NCBI RefSeq assembly: GCF_044704955.1
Contig: NC_091989.1
Span: 85,994,001-86,058,000 of the forward strand
Direction of reading: 5' to 3'
From: Pristiophorus japonicus
Lineage: Eukaryota
Length of the DNA stretch: 64,000 bases
Shown: positions 49,901-61,287 of the stretch, piece by piece
Layout: the number at the start of each line of letters is the position of its first letter
How positions within the stretch are numbered: position 1 is the first letter of the stretch
Notes under the pieces: generated by a model
Told to the model about the DNA's origin: nothing
Database searches by the model: none
Seen by the model: only the letters and a program-made list of their open reading frames with translations
Program-made: the position numbers and the translations under genes

Positions 49901-52516
49901 TTCCAGTTAAATTTGTCCAGGATTATTCCCTCTCAAAGTCTTCCAGCACCGACATTAGGCTGACTGGCCTGTCGTTGTAGTGTGTATCCCTCTCCGCCTT
50001 TTTAAACAGGGAAGTAATATTTCCAATCTTCCAATCCTTTGGCACCACCCTGGTATCCAATGTTGTGACAAGGAGCAGACCTGAAACCAAGCAGATCCCT
50101 CGGAATAATATCACTGAGTACAAAATTCAGGTTGTGTCCTGTGTGACGTGTCTATTGGCCAAAATTCTCTACTGGAACTCATTTCTCATCGCCTTCGAGT
50201 AAATTTCCCATTATTTATTTTCCCGAATAGGCCAAGGGTTTATTTTTTTATTCGTTTGGGAGTTTTACGGGGGAAAGATACACGGGGAGAAAGAGATACA
50301 TATATCGTGAATCGCACAAATATATATTCATGTACACGTCATGAAGAAAGCTGCCTAACCATTGGTTCAGATATGACAATCAGAATTAAATGCTGATATT
50401 ATGACACAATGAAAGTCGCAGTGTTTTTTTTCTTTGTGTAATTTGACAAAAAGACCTCAGGATAAAAGAAAAGATGCTGTACCCTTAGTATTTCCGTCAG
50501 AGACAATGGCTGTGATCTGTCGGTGCTGCCTGATATCTGACGCCGTTTAATAATTTAACATCATCTTTACTGTACAATGCTAACATTCCCCTTTCGCTGT
50601 CCCTTTTAGCTAACGGTATCGGTCGTTTCTTCTACTGCTTGGTGGTTGGATGTCCAGCAGGCGTGTTAATATTAATAATTGTAGTGCTGGTAATTCTTGT
50701 CAAGCGAGACAAATTAGGCAGAACTGAAGGTAAGACGTCACACAATCCCTGTTCAGAATTGGGTGCTTTCGTCCAGTTACAGATCAGCACTGCGGCACCG
50801 AGGAGGTTAAAGGATCCAGACTGGGATCTAGCTTTTGACAGCAGTGTCTATTGCACTGAGAGTTTGCCCTGCTGTGGCCCACTGTTGTGGTGCATGTAGG
50901 ACCTGAAACCCAACAGATGCGTCAGAATAATTTCACCATATTTGAACTAAAACTAAACGGTATTTTCCTTCTTTACAACAACTGAAGATGGTGATGTGGA
51001 CGCTGTACAATAAATGTCCCTAATTTAGGGCTATAGAGAGGGGCAGCAACCCTGGGGCAGAGGGTATCAACCAGATGGTGCGAATGTAGCACGGGATGTC
51101 CGGCTGTAAAATCGCCCCATCTCACCCACCAATAGAATCGGATTTGACGGGTTATATTCGAACCATGTGAGTAGTGTGCCCGCTCAGACACGTTTCTACT
51201 GATCGATGAGTCTGGTCAATTTGATAGAATGTTGCGTAACTTTTGGCGGGCACGTTGCGCATCACGATGAAATTGATCACTGATGTAAATGTCTTTCTCC
51301 ACTAGGCACTGAGATTAGTGAGGATATACCAGGCCACTTCGAGGAGCAGGTCAGTGTCATGTTGCTGTGACGACAAATATATTGCTATCGCATATGTACT
51401 GCACATTTACACCGTGGTTATAACGGTATTGCCGGAATATCAGAAGGGCTCCCGGTGACTGTGGGCACACGGTGATCACTGCCGGGTCCAATGTTTCACC
51501 AGTGTCCTCCCCTCCTCTGATGGTATAACTTTTGACCCCACAGTGCAGCGATGCAACCCCCAAGTTCTCGCAGACATCGTTGTTGATATGTGCACTTTGT
51601 CAGTGCGCATTGAGTGGCTATTTAACCACGCGAAGCTTCATAACCGAGCTCGGTCCTTCGGTCCTGCTCTCCTCCAACATCCACACCCATGATCTGTTCA
51701 GCGGGATCTGTGAGTGCAGATCGGGGCTGGTCCCCTGGTTAAAACCCCCCAACCTTTCCCGGGCCCAGAGCCACTGAGGGCAATTATCTTTTCTGAAAGC
51801 TACACACTCAGAACTTGGACGTGTGCTAACCGCGTAGCAGCACACGGGCTAGGCCTTGACTCACTAATCCAACATCAGCTCTGATAACACGAATTATGGA
51901 AGAATCTGTAGGGTAATGACACCGGCTGAGAATTAGATATCTCCGTTCTCCTTGTCTGACCCATTACCACACGGACAATGCCATTTACATCAATGATCGG
52001 CACTGATCATACTTCCCATTCATTAATCAATGTGTCTGTCCTTTAGTCGTACTGTACTGTGCTGTTTGTGATTTGATGTGGAGTTAATATCTCCCCATTA
52101 ACTCTCCTCAGAACATGCGAAGTGGAGATGGGGAGAGTCTGTCTTACGCTGCTCTCAACCTCAGGAAAATCGGGGAACCCAGACATGAGGAAGACCGTGA
52201 TGTCTATGCCCAGGTACAGCCGAGAAACACAGCAACCCATTCCAAAATAGCCTGGTCCGGTACTGGTGTTTGATCTTAGTAATCTGCATTGACAACCTAG
52301 AACAGCTAATGTCCTCCTGATCTTTCATTGTTGCTCCCACAGACCAAGCAAGGAGCAGATGGTAAACTGACTTACGTGTCTCTGGATTTCACGGCTTCTC
52401 AGAAAAAGGGAAGGCGGAAACAGAAGGAAACCAGAGCGGAATATGCCGAGATCAGGATAAATAAGCCAAGCGGAGAATTCGGGATTGTATCATCACCACC
52501 AAGAGCCCAGAGATGA
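40917..52516 (+). CDS. Spliced 7-exon gene: VJ-C1 immunoglobulin-superfamily inhibitory receptor (SIRP-alpha/NKp30-like architecture), 365 aa
   Basis: Exons join at GT-AG sites with phases 1,1,1,1,0,0 into one open frame of 55+321+282+120+44+102+174=1098 nt ending in TGA at 52514-52516. Domain order: leader, V-set, C1-set, TM, four Tyr motifs. Confidence 0.88.
41174..41494 (+). CDS. Exon 2: V-set Ig domain with in-exon J-like G strand
   Basis: Acceptor TTTCTGACAG|; B-strand Cys (NVSMYC), C-strand Trp (VYWRR), LHLQNV..DSGVYYC, then GNGTELIVH; donor CAT G|GTGAGT. Confidence 0.95.
41750..42300 (-). mobile_element. 3' end of CR1/L2-group element (same family as 17150-18115), intron 2
   Basis: Shared TTGAGAAGGTGGTGG.GAGCCGCCTTCTT and GATGGT.CACACTGCAGCCACGG blocks. 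Confidence 0.75.
42310..43720 (+). mobile_element. Degenerate CR1 LINE, intron 2
   Basis: NYRPV, LDFQNAFDKVPH, GVPQGSMLGP, FSDDAK, RNFFTKRLVRMWNSL. Confidence 0.85.
44780..46530. mobile_element. Highly decayed + strand CR1 remnants plus a short - strand CR1 3' fragment (46374-46530)
   Basis: Eroded RT-3' text around 45870-46200; 46374-46530 matches the 3' UTR seen at 32101-32280. Confidence 0.55.
47209..47490 (+). CDS. Exon 3: C1-set Ig constant domain
   Basis: Polypyrimidine acceptor TCCTCCTTTCCAG|; LLCTTGGFFPEEFTLTW, GLYQVSSSL, and YRCEVSH (Ig/MHC signature Y-x-C-x-V-x-H); donor CCG G|GTAAGA. Confidence 0.95.
47820..50070. mobile_element. Two CR1 remnants in intron 3 (+ ~47820-48650; - ~48650-50070)
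   Basis: ORFs 48956-49261, 49378-49734 (GVLQRSVLG, SKFTDNTKLG) and 49923-50123; + strand eroded RT 3' text. Confidence 0.8.
50610..50729 (+). CDS. Exon 4: short stalk and transmembrane helix (ANGIGRFFYCLVVGCPAGVLILIIVVLVILVKRDKLGRTE)
   Basis: Acceptor CCCTTTTAG|; about 25 hydrophobic residues with no charged residue, followed by a KRDK stop-transfer; donor GAA G|GTAAGA. Confidence 0.9.
51306..51349 (+). CDS. Exon 5: cytoplasmic linker (GTEISEDIPGHFEEQ)
   Basis: Acceptor TCTTTCTCCACTAG|; donor CAG|GTCAGT. The 44-nt exon converts phase 1 to phase 0 exactly as exon 6 requires. Confidence 0.75.
52112..52213 (+). CDS. Exon 6: cytoplasmic, ITIM LSYAAL plus DVYAQ
   Basis: Acceptor CTCTCCTCAG|; NMRSGDGESLSYAALNLRKIGEPRHEEDRDVYAQ; donor CAG|GTACAG; 102 nt, phase 0-0. 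Confidence 0.85.
52343..52516 (+). CDS. Exon 7 (terminal coding): ITIM LTYVSL plus AEYAEI
   Basis: Acceptor TTGCTCCCACAG|; TKQGADGKLTYVSLDF...RAEYAEIRINK...RAQR*; AATAAA follows 180 nt later. Confidence 0.88.
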   Translation, partial: TKQGADGKLTYVSLDFTASQKKGRRKQKETRAEYAEIRINKPSGEFGIVSSPPRAQR

Positions 52517-52696
52517 TACAGTTACCCAGGAGCTAGCCATTCTGGTTCTGAAGATCACATCTAGCTGTATTTAACATGGTGTTTATCAACCGCATTTTTC
52601 TTTATTCTAATTGAAGGAAGGGGCATGAGTTTTTAATAACAGCGATACATTGGTTTCTGGGGCCTGCGCCTATTCTTGAAATCTGCAATCACTTTA

Positions 52697-52702
52697 AATA
52701 AA
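52697..52702 (+). terminator. Putative polyadenylation signal of the VJ-C1 receptor gene
   Basis: First AATAAA downstream of the stop codon, just before LINE sequence begins at about 52810. Confidence 0.6.
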
Positions 52703-52809
52703 AGAATGAATGTACTCTTCAATTGGGACCAAAGAAAATATGAGGCCCTTGACTCGTCGATGACGCCATTTAGCGTGGTTCATTTCTGTTACATCGTCTT
52801 AGCAGTATC

Positions 52810-54430
52810 ACATGGCATTTATTAAGCAGGAGGAGGTCATTGGATCCAACAGGTCCATGCCGAGGTTTATGCTCCAAGTGAGTCACCTCCCACTTTATTT
52901 CATCTAACTCCATCACCATAACCTTCGATCCCTTTCGCTCACATGTGTTCATCCAGCTCCCCTTAAATGCACCTATTCTAGTCGCCTCAACTATTCCTTG
53001 TAGTAGCGAGTAGCACAATCTAACCACTCTGTTTGTAAAGCGCTTCTCCCGATTTGGATCCACTATCTTATATGTATGGCCCCTTGTTCTAGTCTTGACC
53101 TCAAGTGGAAGCATCTTCTCTACATATCAAATCCTTTCATAATCGTAAAGAGCTCTATCAGGTCAGTCCTCAGTCTTCTCTTTTAAAGAGAAATGTTCAA
53201 TCTTTCCTGATAGGTATACCTCATATATCTGGTATAATTCTAGTAAATCTTTTTTGCACCTTATCCAGTGTCTCCATATCGTTTTTATAATATAGAAACC
53301 AGAAGTATTTACAATACTCCAAGTGGGGATCTAATCAAGGTTCTATACAGATTCAACATTACTTCTCTGCTTTTTACTTCTATCATTCTAGAAATGTGCC
53401 CCAGTGTTTTGTATGCTTTTCTATGAACCTATGGATCTGTGTTGCCACTTTTAATGATTTGTGCAAATGTGGCCCCGATCACTGAGTTCATGTAGCCAAG
53501 TTAGACTCTTATTTTCCAAGCAGTACGTGGCCTCCTCATTCTTCCCAGAAAAATGTTCCATTTCACACTTAGCTATATTGAAGTTCATTTGCCACATTAC
53601 ACGCACATTCTGCAAGTTTATTAATGTCTTCCCGTAAGTTGTAACAGTCCTCGTCTGTATTAATTACACCACATCCCTCCAAATTTGGTGTCATCCGCAA
53701 ATTTTGCAATCGTACTTCTGATTCCCGAGTGAAAATTGTTTACGTAAATGGTGAGCAACAGTGTTGCCAGCAACAAACCTTATGTAACATAATTTTCCAC
53801 CTTTTGCCAATCTGATTAACTACCTTTCACACCTACTCTTATTTTACAGTTTTGTTGCAAGCTTGCTAGACATTTTGCCACTTGCCCCCGATTCCTGTTC
53901 TGACCTTCGTTATGTGTCTACTACGCCATACCTTATCGAAGGTTTTTTTGTAAATCCAAATGTCTTACTGCATTACCCTTACTACATTTTCTGTTAATTC
54001 GTAAATAATTCAACGCGGTTGATCAAACCTAACCTTCCCGTTGGGAATCCATGGTGACTACACATCATGACATTTTCAGTTTCAGGATATGTTTTTATTG
54101 CATCATTAAGTAAAGGCTCCAATATATTTCTGTTGTTACGTTTATTGGGCTATAGTTCTATGGACTTGCTCGAGCTCCCTTTTAAAATATAGGAATCACA
54201 TTAGCTGTCCTCTAGACCTCCGGCACTGTACACTTTTCTAATGAATTTGTAATGATTTATTTATTATATATATATATATATATCAAGTAGTGCCTCCGCT
54301 ATGTCTTCATTAACTTCTATTAATATGCATGGATGCAATCATGCAATCCATCTGGACCAGGGGTTTTATCCTCTGTAGTGTGATTAGTTTTCCAATGTTC
54401 TACCACCCTCCCCCCCTTCCTATCTTAAAT
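52810..54430 (-). mobile_element. Degenerate CR1 LINE containing a (TA)n run at ~54265-54283
   Basis: ORF 52770-53114 (RTRGHTYKI..RVVRL); AKFADDTKFG on the - strand near 53680-53710. Confidence 0.8.
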
Positions 54431-54469
54431 GCCTTCATATATGTATTGCTCTCTTCGAACTATGTCAGT

Positions 54470-57400
54470 TTCTCTCGAAAAGACAGGCAGAATGGAAAAC
54501 GATGTGATGATTCTAATAATAAAGGATTACATCAGGGCAGCAGTGAGAAAGGAACTTGCATCAGAAAATCAAAAAGTAGAATCAGTGTGGGTGGAGATAA
54601 GAAATAACATGGGGCAGAACACACGGATGGGAGTCGTTTATGTTTCCTAGCAGTAGCTGGACAGAATATTCATCAAGACATAATAGGAACTTGTAACAAA
54701 GGTAATACAATAATCATGGGTGATTTAATGTTCATATGGACTGGGCAAATAAAATTGGCAAAGGTAGTTTGCAGGACGAGTTCATAGAATGCATTCGAGA
54801 GAGTTTCCTCAAACAATACATCATGGAAACAATCAGGGAACATGGTATTTTAAATTTTGTATTGTGTAATGACACAGGGTAAATTAATACTCTCTATAGT
54901 AAAAAAAATCCTCTGGGGAAGAGTGAAATTAACATGATAGAATTTCACGTTTACTTTGAGAGGGACATACTTAAGTCCTAAAGTAGAGATTAAACATAAA
55001 TAAAATCAATCACATAGATATGAGGGGCGAATTGGCCAATGTAGATTGGCAAATTAGATTAAAAGGTGAGACAGTCGATTAGCAGTGGCAAACATTTGAA
55101 TACATATTGCAAAATTCTCAACCAATATACATTGCATTGACAAATATAAACCTCACAGGAAATGTAATCCACCCATGGCAACTAAATAAATTAAGGATAA
55201 TATTAGATTAAACAAAGAGTCTTATAATATTGCGAAGAATAATAGTAAACCTGGGGAGAGGAGACCAGAAACCAGCAATGATTAACCACAATATTGATAA
55301 AAACGGAAAAAATATAATATGAGACTAAACTAACTATAAATGAATATATCGTAAGAACCTCTATCTGTATGTAAAAAGGAAGCGATTTGCAAAAGAGGCT
55401 TAAACAGGTGAAAATAGAAGTGGAAATAAGGAAATTGCAGAGACTTTAAACAAATACTTTGTATCTCTCTTCACAGTAGAAAACACAAAAATTATTCCAA
55501 AAATAGTAGGGAACAAAGCGACTAATAAATATCCGGAACTTATAGTAATTCATATCAATAGAGAAAAAATACTTGAGAAACGAATGGAACTAGAAGCTGA
55601 AAAATCCCCTGGATGTCATGGCCTGCATCCTAGTGCTCTAAAAGAGGGGGCTGCAGAGATAGTGGATGCATTGATTGTGACCTTTCAAATTACCCTAGAT
55701 TCTAGAAGGGTCCTTGTGCATTTGAAGGTAACAAATGTAACCCCACAATTCAAGAAAGGAGGGAGATAGAATAATTTCACTGACATCAGTCATCGGGAGA
55801 ATGCTGAAATTCATTATTAAGGAAGCGGTAAAAGGGCACTTAGAAAATCATAATATGATTAGGCAGAGTCTACATGATTTTATGAAATGGAAAACTTTTT
55901 TGAGAGTGTTTTGAGGATGTGATTAGCTGGATAGATAAAGGAAAGCCAGTAGATGTAGTTTGATTTCCAAAAGGCATTCGACAAGTTGCCCCATGTGCAA
56001 GATAAGGGCTCGTGGGGTCAGGGGTAATATATTAGCATGGATAGAGAATTGTTTACTGGTCAGAAAACAGAGAGTAGGGATAAATGGGTCATTTTATGTA
56101 GTGGGCTGCCTCAAGGGAGCTTGCCAGCAAAGTTAGAGCCCATGGAATAAAAGGGACAGTGAAAGCATAAATGCGAAACTGGCTAAGTGACTGGAAACAG
56201 AGAGCAGTGGTGAACGGTTGTTTTTGAGACTCGGGGAAGGTATAAAATGTTGTTCCCCAGGGTTTGGTACTGGGACCACTGCTTTTATTGATATATATTA
56301 ATGACTTGGACGGGTGCATAGGGCTCAAATTTTCAGATGACACAATACGTAGAAGTACAGTGAACAGTGAGGAGGATATTGATATACTTCAAGAGGACAT
56401 AGACAGGCTGGTGGAATGGGTGGACATTAATGCACAAAAGTGCAAAGTGATGCATTTCGGTAGCAAAAACGAGGAGAAGAAATATAAACTAAAGGATACA
56501 ATTCTAAAGTGGTAGCATGAATAGAGAGACATGGGGGTATATGTGCACAAATCGTTGAAGGTGTCAGGATAGGATTAGAAAGGAGTTAAAAATGTATACA
56601 CACCCTAGGCTTTATAAATATAGGCATAGAGTATAAACGCAAGGAAGTTATGATGAACCTTTATAAAACACTGGTGCAGCCTTAACTGGAGCATTTTGTC
56701 CAATTCTGGGCACCATACTTTATGAAGGAAGGGAAGGTCTTAGAGATGTACAGAAAAGATTTACGAAAATGATTTCAGGGATGAGGGATTTCAGTTACGT
56801 GAATAGACTGGAGAAGCTGGAGTTGTTCTCTTGGAGCAGAGAAGATTGAGAAGAGATTTAATAGAGAAGTTCAAAATCATGAGGGGTCTAGACAGAGTAA
56901 ACAGAGATGAAGTGTTCCCATTGACCAAAGAGTCGAGGACCAGAGGACACAGATTTAAGGTGATTGACAGAAGAGCCAAATGCGGTATGAACAACAACTT
57001 TAGGCAGCGAACCGTTATGATCAGGAATGCATCCCTGAGAGGCTGGTGGAGGCAGATTCAATTGTGGCTTTCAAAAGGGAATTGGATAAATACCTGAAGA
57101 AAAACAATGCAGGGTTATGGGGAAAGGGTGGGAGAAGTGGGACTGGTTGAATTGCTCTTGCCGACAACCTGCATGGGCTCGACGGGGCGAGTGGCCTCCT
57201 TTTGTGCTGCAACTATTCTATGATTCTGTCAGTGCTTGGGCCTCAGCTATATATAATCCACAGTAATGACTTAGGAGAAGAGACCCAGTGTAGAGAATTC
57301 AGGTTTGCTGATGATTCAAAAATAGGTGGTAAAGTAAGAACATAAGAACATAAGAAATAGGAGCAGGAGTCGGTCATTCGGCCCTTTGAGCTAGCTTCGC

Positions 57401-58465
57401 CATTCAATAAGATCATGGCTGAACTGATCATGGACGCAGCCCCACTTCCCTGCCCGCTCCCCATAACTCTTTACTCCCTTATCGCTCAAAAATATGTCGA
57501 TCTCCACCTTAAATATATTCAATACCCAGCCTCCGCAGCTCTCTGGGGCAGAGAATTCCATAGACTTACAACCCAAGTAAGCTGTGAGGAAGACACAAAG
57601 AGGCTGAAAAGGCATATAGAAAGGTTAAGTGACTGCGCAATAAGGTGACAGATGGAGTATAATGTGGGGAAATGTGAGCTGATTCAATTTGGTAGGAAGA
57701 ATTTAAAAACAGATTTTTAATATGTTTATAAAGTATTAAAGTTGGTGTTCCGAAAGATTTAGGAGTCTTCATAGAGGAAACACAGGAAATTAGCATGCTG
57801 GTACAGCAAGCAATTAGGAAGGCAAATGGCATGCTAGCCTTTATTGCAAGGGGATTCGAGTACGAGAGTAAGGAAGTCTTGTGTCAATTGTACTGGGCTT
57901 TGATGAGACCACACCTGGAGTACTGATCACATTTTGGTCTCCTTATCTGAGAATGGATAGAATTGCCTTGGAGGTGGTGCAATGAAGGCTCACTAGTTTG
58001 ATTCCTGGGATTAGAGGGTTGTCCTATGAGGAGAGATTGAGTAGATTAAGTATATACACTCTGTAATTTTGAAAAATGAGAGGTGATTTCATTGAAGTAT
58101 AAAACATTCTTGCAGGGTCGATGCTGAGTGTGTTTGATTCCCCTGATTAGAATGTCCAGCACTAGAGGCCATATTCTCAGGATAAGGGGTCGGCCATTTA
58201 AGATTCAAATTAAGAGTAATTTCTTCACTCAGAGAGTTGTGTATCTTTGGAAATCTCTATCCGAAAGGGCTTTGGATGCTGAATCCTTGAGTATTTTCAT
58301 GGCTGAGATTGATAGAATTTAGAATTCTAGGGGAAGCAAGGGATATGGGGATCAGGCGGGAAAATGGAATTGGGATCGATGATCAGCCATGATATTATTG
58401 AATGGCGGAGCCACTTCAAACAGCTGTATGGCCTACTCGTGCTCCGAATGCATATGTCCTTATGT
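54470..58465 (+). mobile_element. CR1 LINE host split by two nested insertions (56119-57228 on +; 57339-57574 on -)
   Basis: Host reads SGLPQG|SVLGPQ across the first insert; the second insert is flanked by the TSD AAGTAAG (57332-57338 / 57575-57581). Confidence 0.85.
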
Positions 58466-58469
58466 AAAT

Positions 58470-59640
58470 GCCAAGACAAAGTAATTATTTAATATTTCTG
58501 ACATTTTGCTTTTATTACCTGTGAGTTTATCGTGTGTGACGCTATCCCTGTCATGGCATTTATTTTGTTATTTATCTCTCTGTAGAATACTTTGATACTT
58601 ATTTTTTTATTCTTTGAAAACCTAATTTTTTGTTTTCCCGTTACTTTTCTAATTGTTTTTGACTTCTTTCTTCACCTTTCACATTCCCTTTTTTCATGCT
58701 TTCCTTCGTTGTCTATGTATTGGTGTATGCATTTTCTAGAGTTTCAATCTTGCCCTCATTTCTTTATTCATCAATGGTGTGTCATTACTGGCTAGTCTGT
58801 TCTTGCTTTTTAGTGGATGGAATATATTTCTCCTGCACTCGATTGATACCGTTTTAAACGTTTCCCACTGCTGTTCTATTTCTTTATTTCTCAGTACATT
58901 TTGACAGTATATTTTCCACAGTTCCATTCCCATTCCCTTAAAATCAGCTTTTTCCCGATGTATTAATTTGGTCTTTGTCTTACTTAGGCATTCAATCTTT
59001 ACCTTAGACCGTTTTATGTCGTGATTGCTAATGCCTAGATGTCCCCTTACTTCAATAATTTGTTCTGGTTAATTTTCCAGTAATGGATCCAGCAGTGCTT
59101 CCTCTCTTGTTTTTTTTTACATATTAGCTAAGAAAGAAGTCCTACACACATTGCCTAACTCTTTTTGCCAGTTTATTTAGGAGTAGTTAACATCTCCCAT
59201 AATTGTTATTCGCTGTCCTTTACTCATTTCATATACTTGCTCACATATTTCTTCCTCCACCTCCTTTCCACTACTGGGTGCTCTGTAGTGTACCCATATT
59301 AGTGTGGTCTTTATTTCAATGCTTATGGATTATGTTTCTAACCTTCTCTTAGCTATGTTCATTTTTTCTACTGTGATTGTTATATCTAATTAGTACAGCT
59401 CCCCCACCACCTTCTTCCTTTCTTATACCCTGTGATAATGTTATAACCAGCAATATTCAGTTGCAGTTCCGTTCTTATTGAGCTTTCTTTCAGATATTTC
59501 TATTACATTTGGTTCCTCACTACGTATTATTGCCTCCAGTTGCAATTTTATTTTGTATACTGTGTACATTGCTCTATAGGCACTTTAATTTGTCTTCAGT
59601 TGTTGTTCCTTTTCCTTCCTTTTTAACAGTCGTTTATAAC
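58470..59640 (-). mobile_element. Old CR1 endonuclease-region remnant
   Basis: ORF 58736-58933 (EQQWETFK..TPLMNKEMRA); GVHYRAP, IMGDVNY and REEALLDP on the - strand. Confidence 0.7.
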
Positions 59641-61287
59641 TGCTTATGTTAATTTTGAAGGATTGAATTGCGTTTTTTTATTTTTGCCAATGTCACTAAT
59701 AAAGCAGCGTTCCAAGAAAGTTCTGAAAATGTTTTATGTAGATATTTGTTACCAGGTTTCGACCGGGCCCTCGCGATCGTGTATGGTGACTGGGATTCAA
59801 TGATCGCAGCCATTTCTGTTTGGAAACTGCTGCTCCTTCAGTTTCATTCAGTTCAATTCAAACTTTCATATAGAAATTATTTTCACTTCCGATTCCATTC
59901 TTTCTAGATGCATTGACGCTGTAAACAAAAAAAAACTGTTCGGATGCTGAACCCTTACTGCTCTGGGTATTTTAATCAACCGTCTTGTCATTTGTGATAG
60001 GATTGAACCGGGTGTTACAGAATGGGACATAGCTGGCACCGACCCTGTCTCTCTGTGTCTTTGTAATTAATTAACATTTACATGTGATTGAATGACTGCA
60101 GTTATAACAATCATAGTAGATGGAACATTCTTCACATTCCAACATGATCATACTGCTCTGCGATGCAGCTTAACATGGAATATCGTGAATCATATGGTAT
60201 CACTGCTATTTCACGGAAAGCGACAAGCTTATTACAGGTACATTTCACCACATCCCCTACCGTTCCAGGGCAACATCCCACCAACACCACCTGAACCCAT
60301 ACAATATTCGTGCTACGCCGGTGGTGACTTAATGGCCGGCTGCCAAAAACTGTTTGTTCAAGGTCCCAGTGCCACCTCACAGCCAGTTTCAATCCCAAGC
60401 TACCGGAGAATAACCACACGGCCGTGCTGGCCAGGGCTGAGGCCAGCTAGCTCCATGAAGAGAGTTCAGAATATATTACCGAACTGGCTGAAGCATGCGG
60501 GACAGATCACCACCAGACAGAGAATGTATTGGAACTCTGTTTCTGTAGATGAAGTAGATCTTGGCCGATGTACTTCCGCCCTGGAATATATGGATTGACA
60601 TGAATTTGCGTCATCTGTTATCGGTACTAATAAGGATTAGAAATCGGATTGCAGAGACTGGGAGGACTTCCGTTGCAGACGGTGCTGCCAGAGCTTTAGC
60701 ATGAGCACCTGTACCTCAATGTAACCCAGCAACAATGACGTGGCAGAGGGCAACAAGCTGAGGATGCAGAAAGGTTTAGGGATATCGGTATGGTGCAGAA
60801 AGCAGGTAATTCACGAAACGGACCAGCAAGAGGTGCAGTAAATTGAGTAATGATGCCAAGCTGAGGGAAGCAGGGTTGAGATGTGCGTAGCTAAATGCAT
60901 AAAGTATTGTGAATGAAACTGACAAGCCAGCGACACAGAATGCTTTGCTGGGAGTTATATATTACAGATTTAAAAGTCTCTGCTTCGGCTAAAGTAGGAC
61001 TGCGAGCTGGAAATACCTTGTTCTAATAATGCTTAGGTGGGATAGAGTAGGAAAAGAGGGAAGCAGGTGGTGGTATCATTGAAAGATTCAGTTACAGTTG
61101 GAGAACACAGAAGTTATATACTGATGGAGCAAAAGCCAAATCTGATTGGTTACACTGAAGGAACAGAAAGTGCTCTATTTGGATATATTATATACCATCA
61201 GCCAGTACAAATCATATAAAGTAAGCGACATGTAAACAGATAGGAGAAGAGTACATAAGCTGCAGAACCCTAATTCAAGGTGAGTTC

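Noticed and set aside
40917-52516. Assigning the symbol SIRPA or NCR3
   Set aside because: The architecture is intermediate (single C1, compact V, NKp30-like GNGT, SIRP-like tail); orthology cannot be established without phylogeny and synteny.
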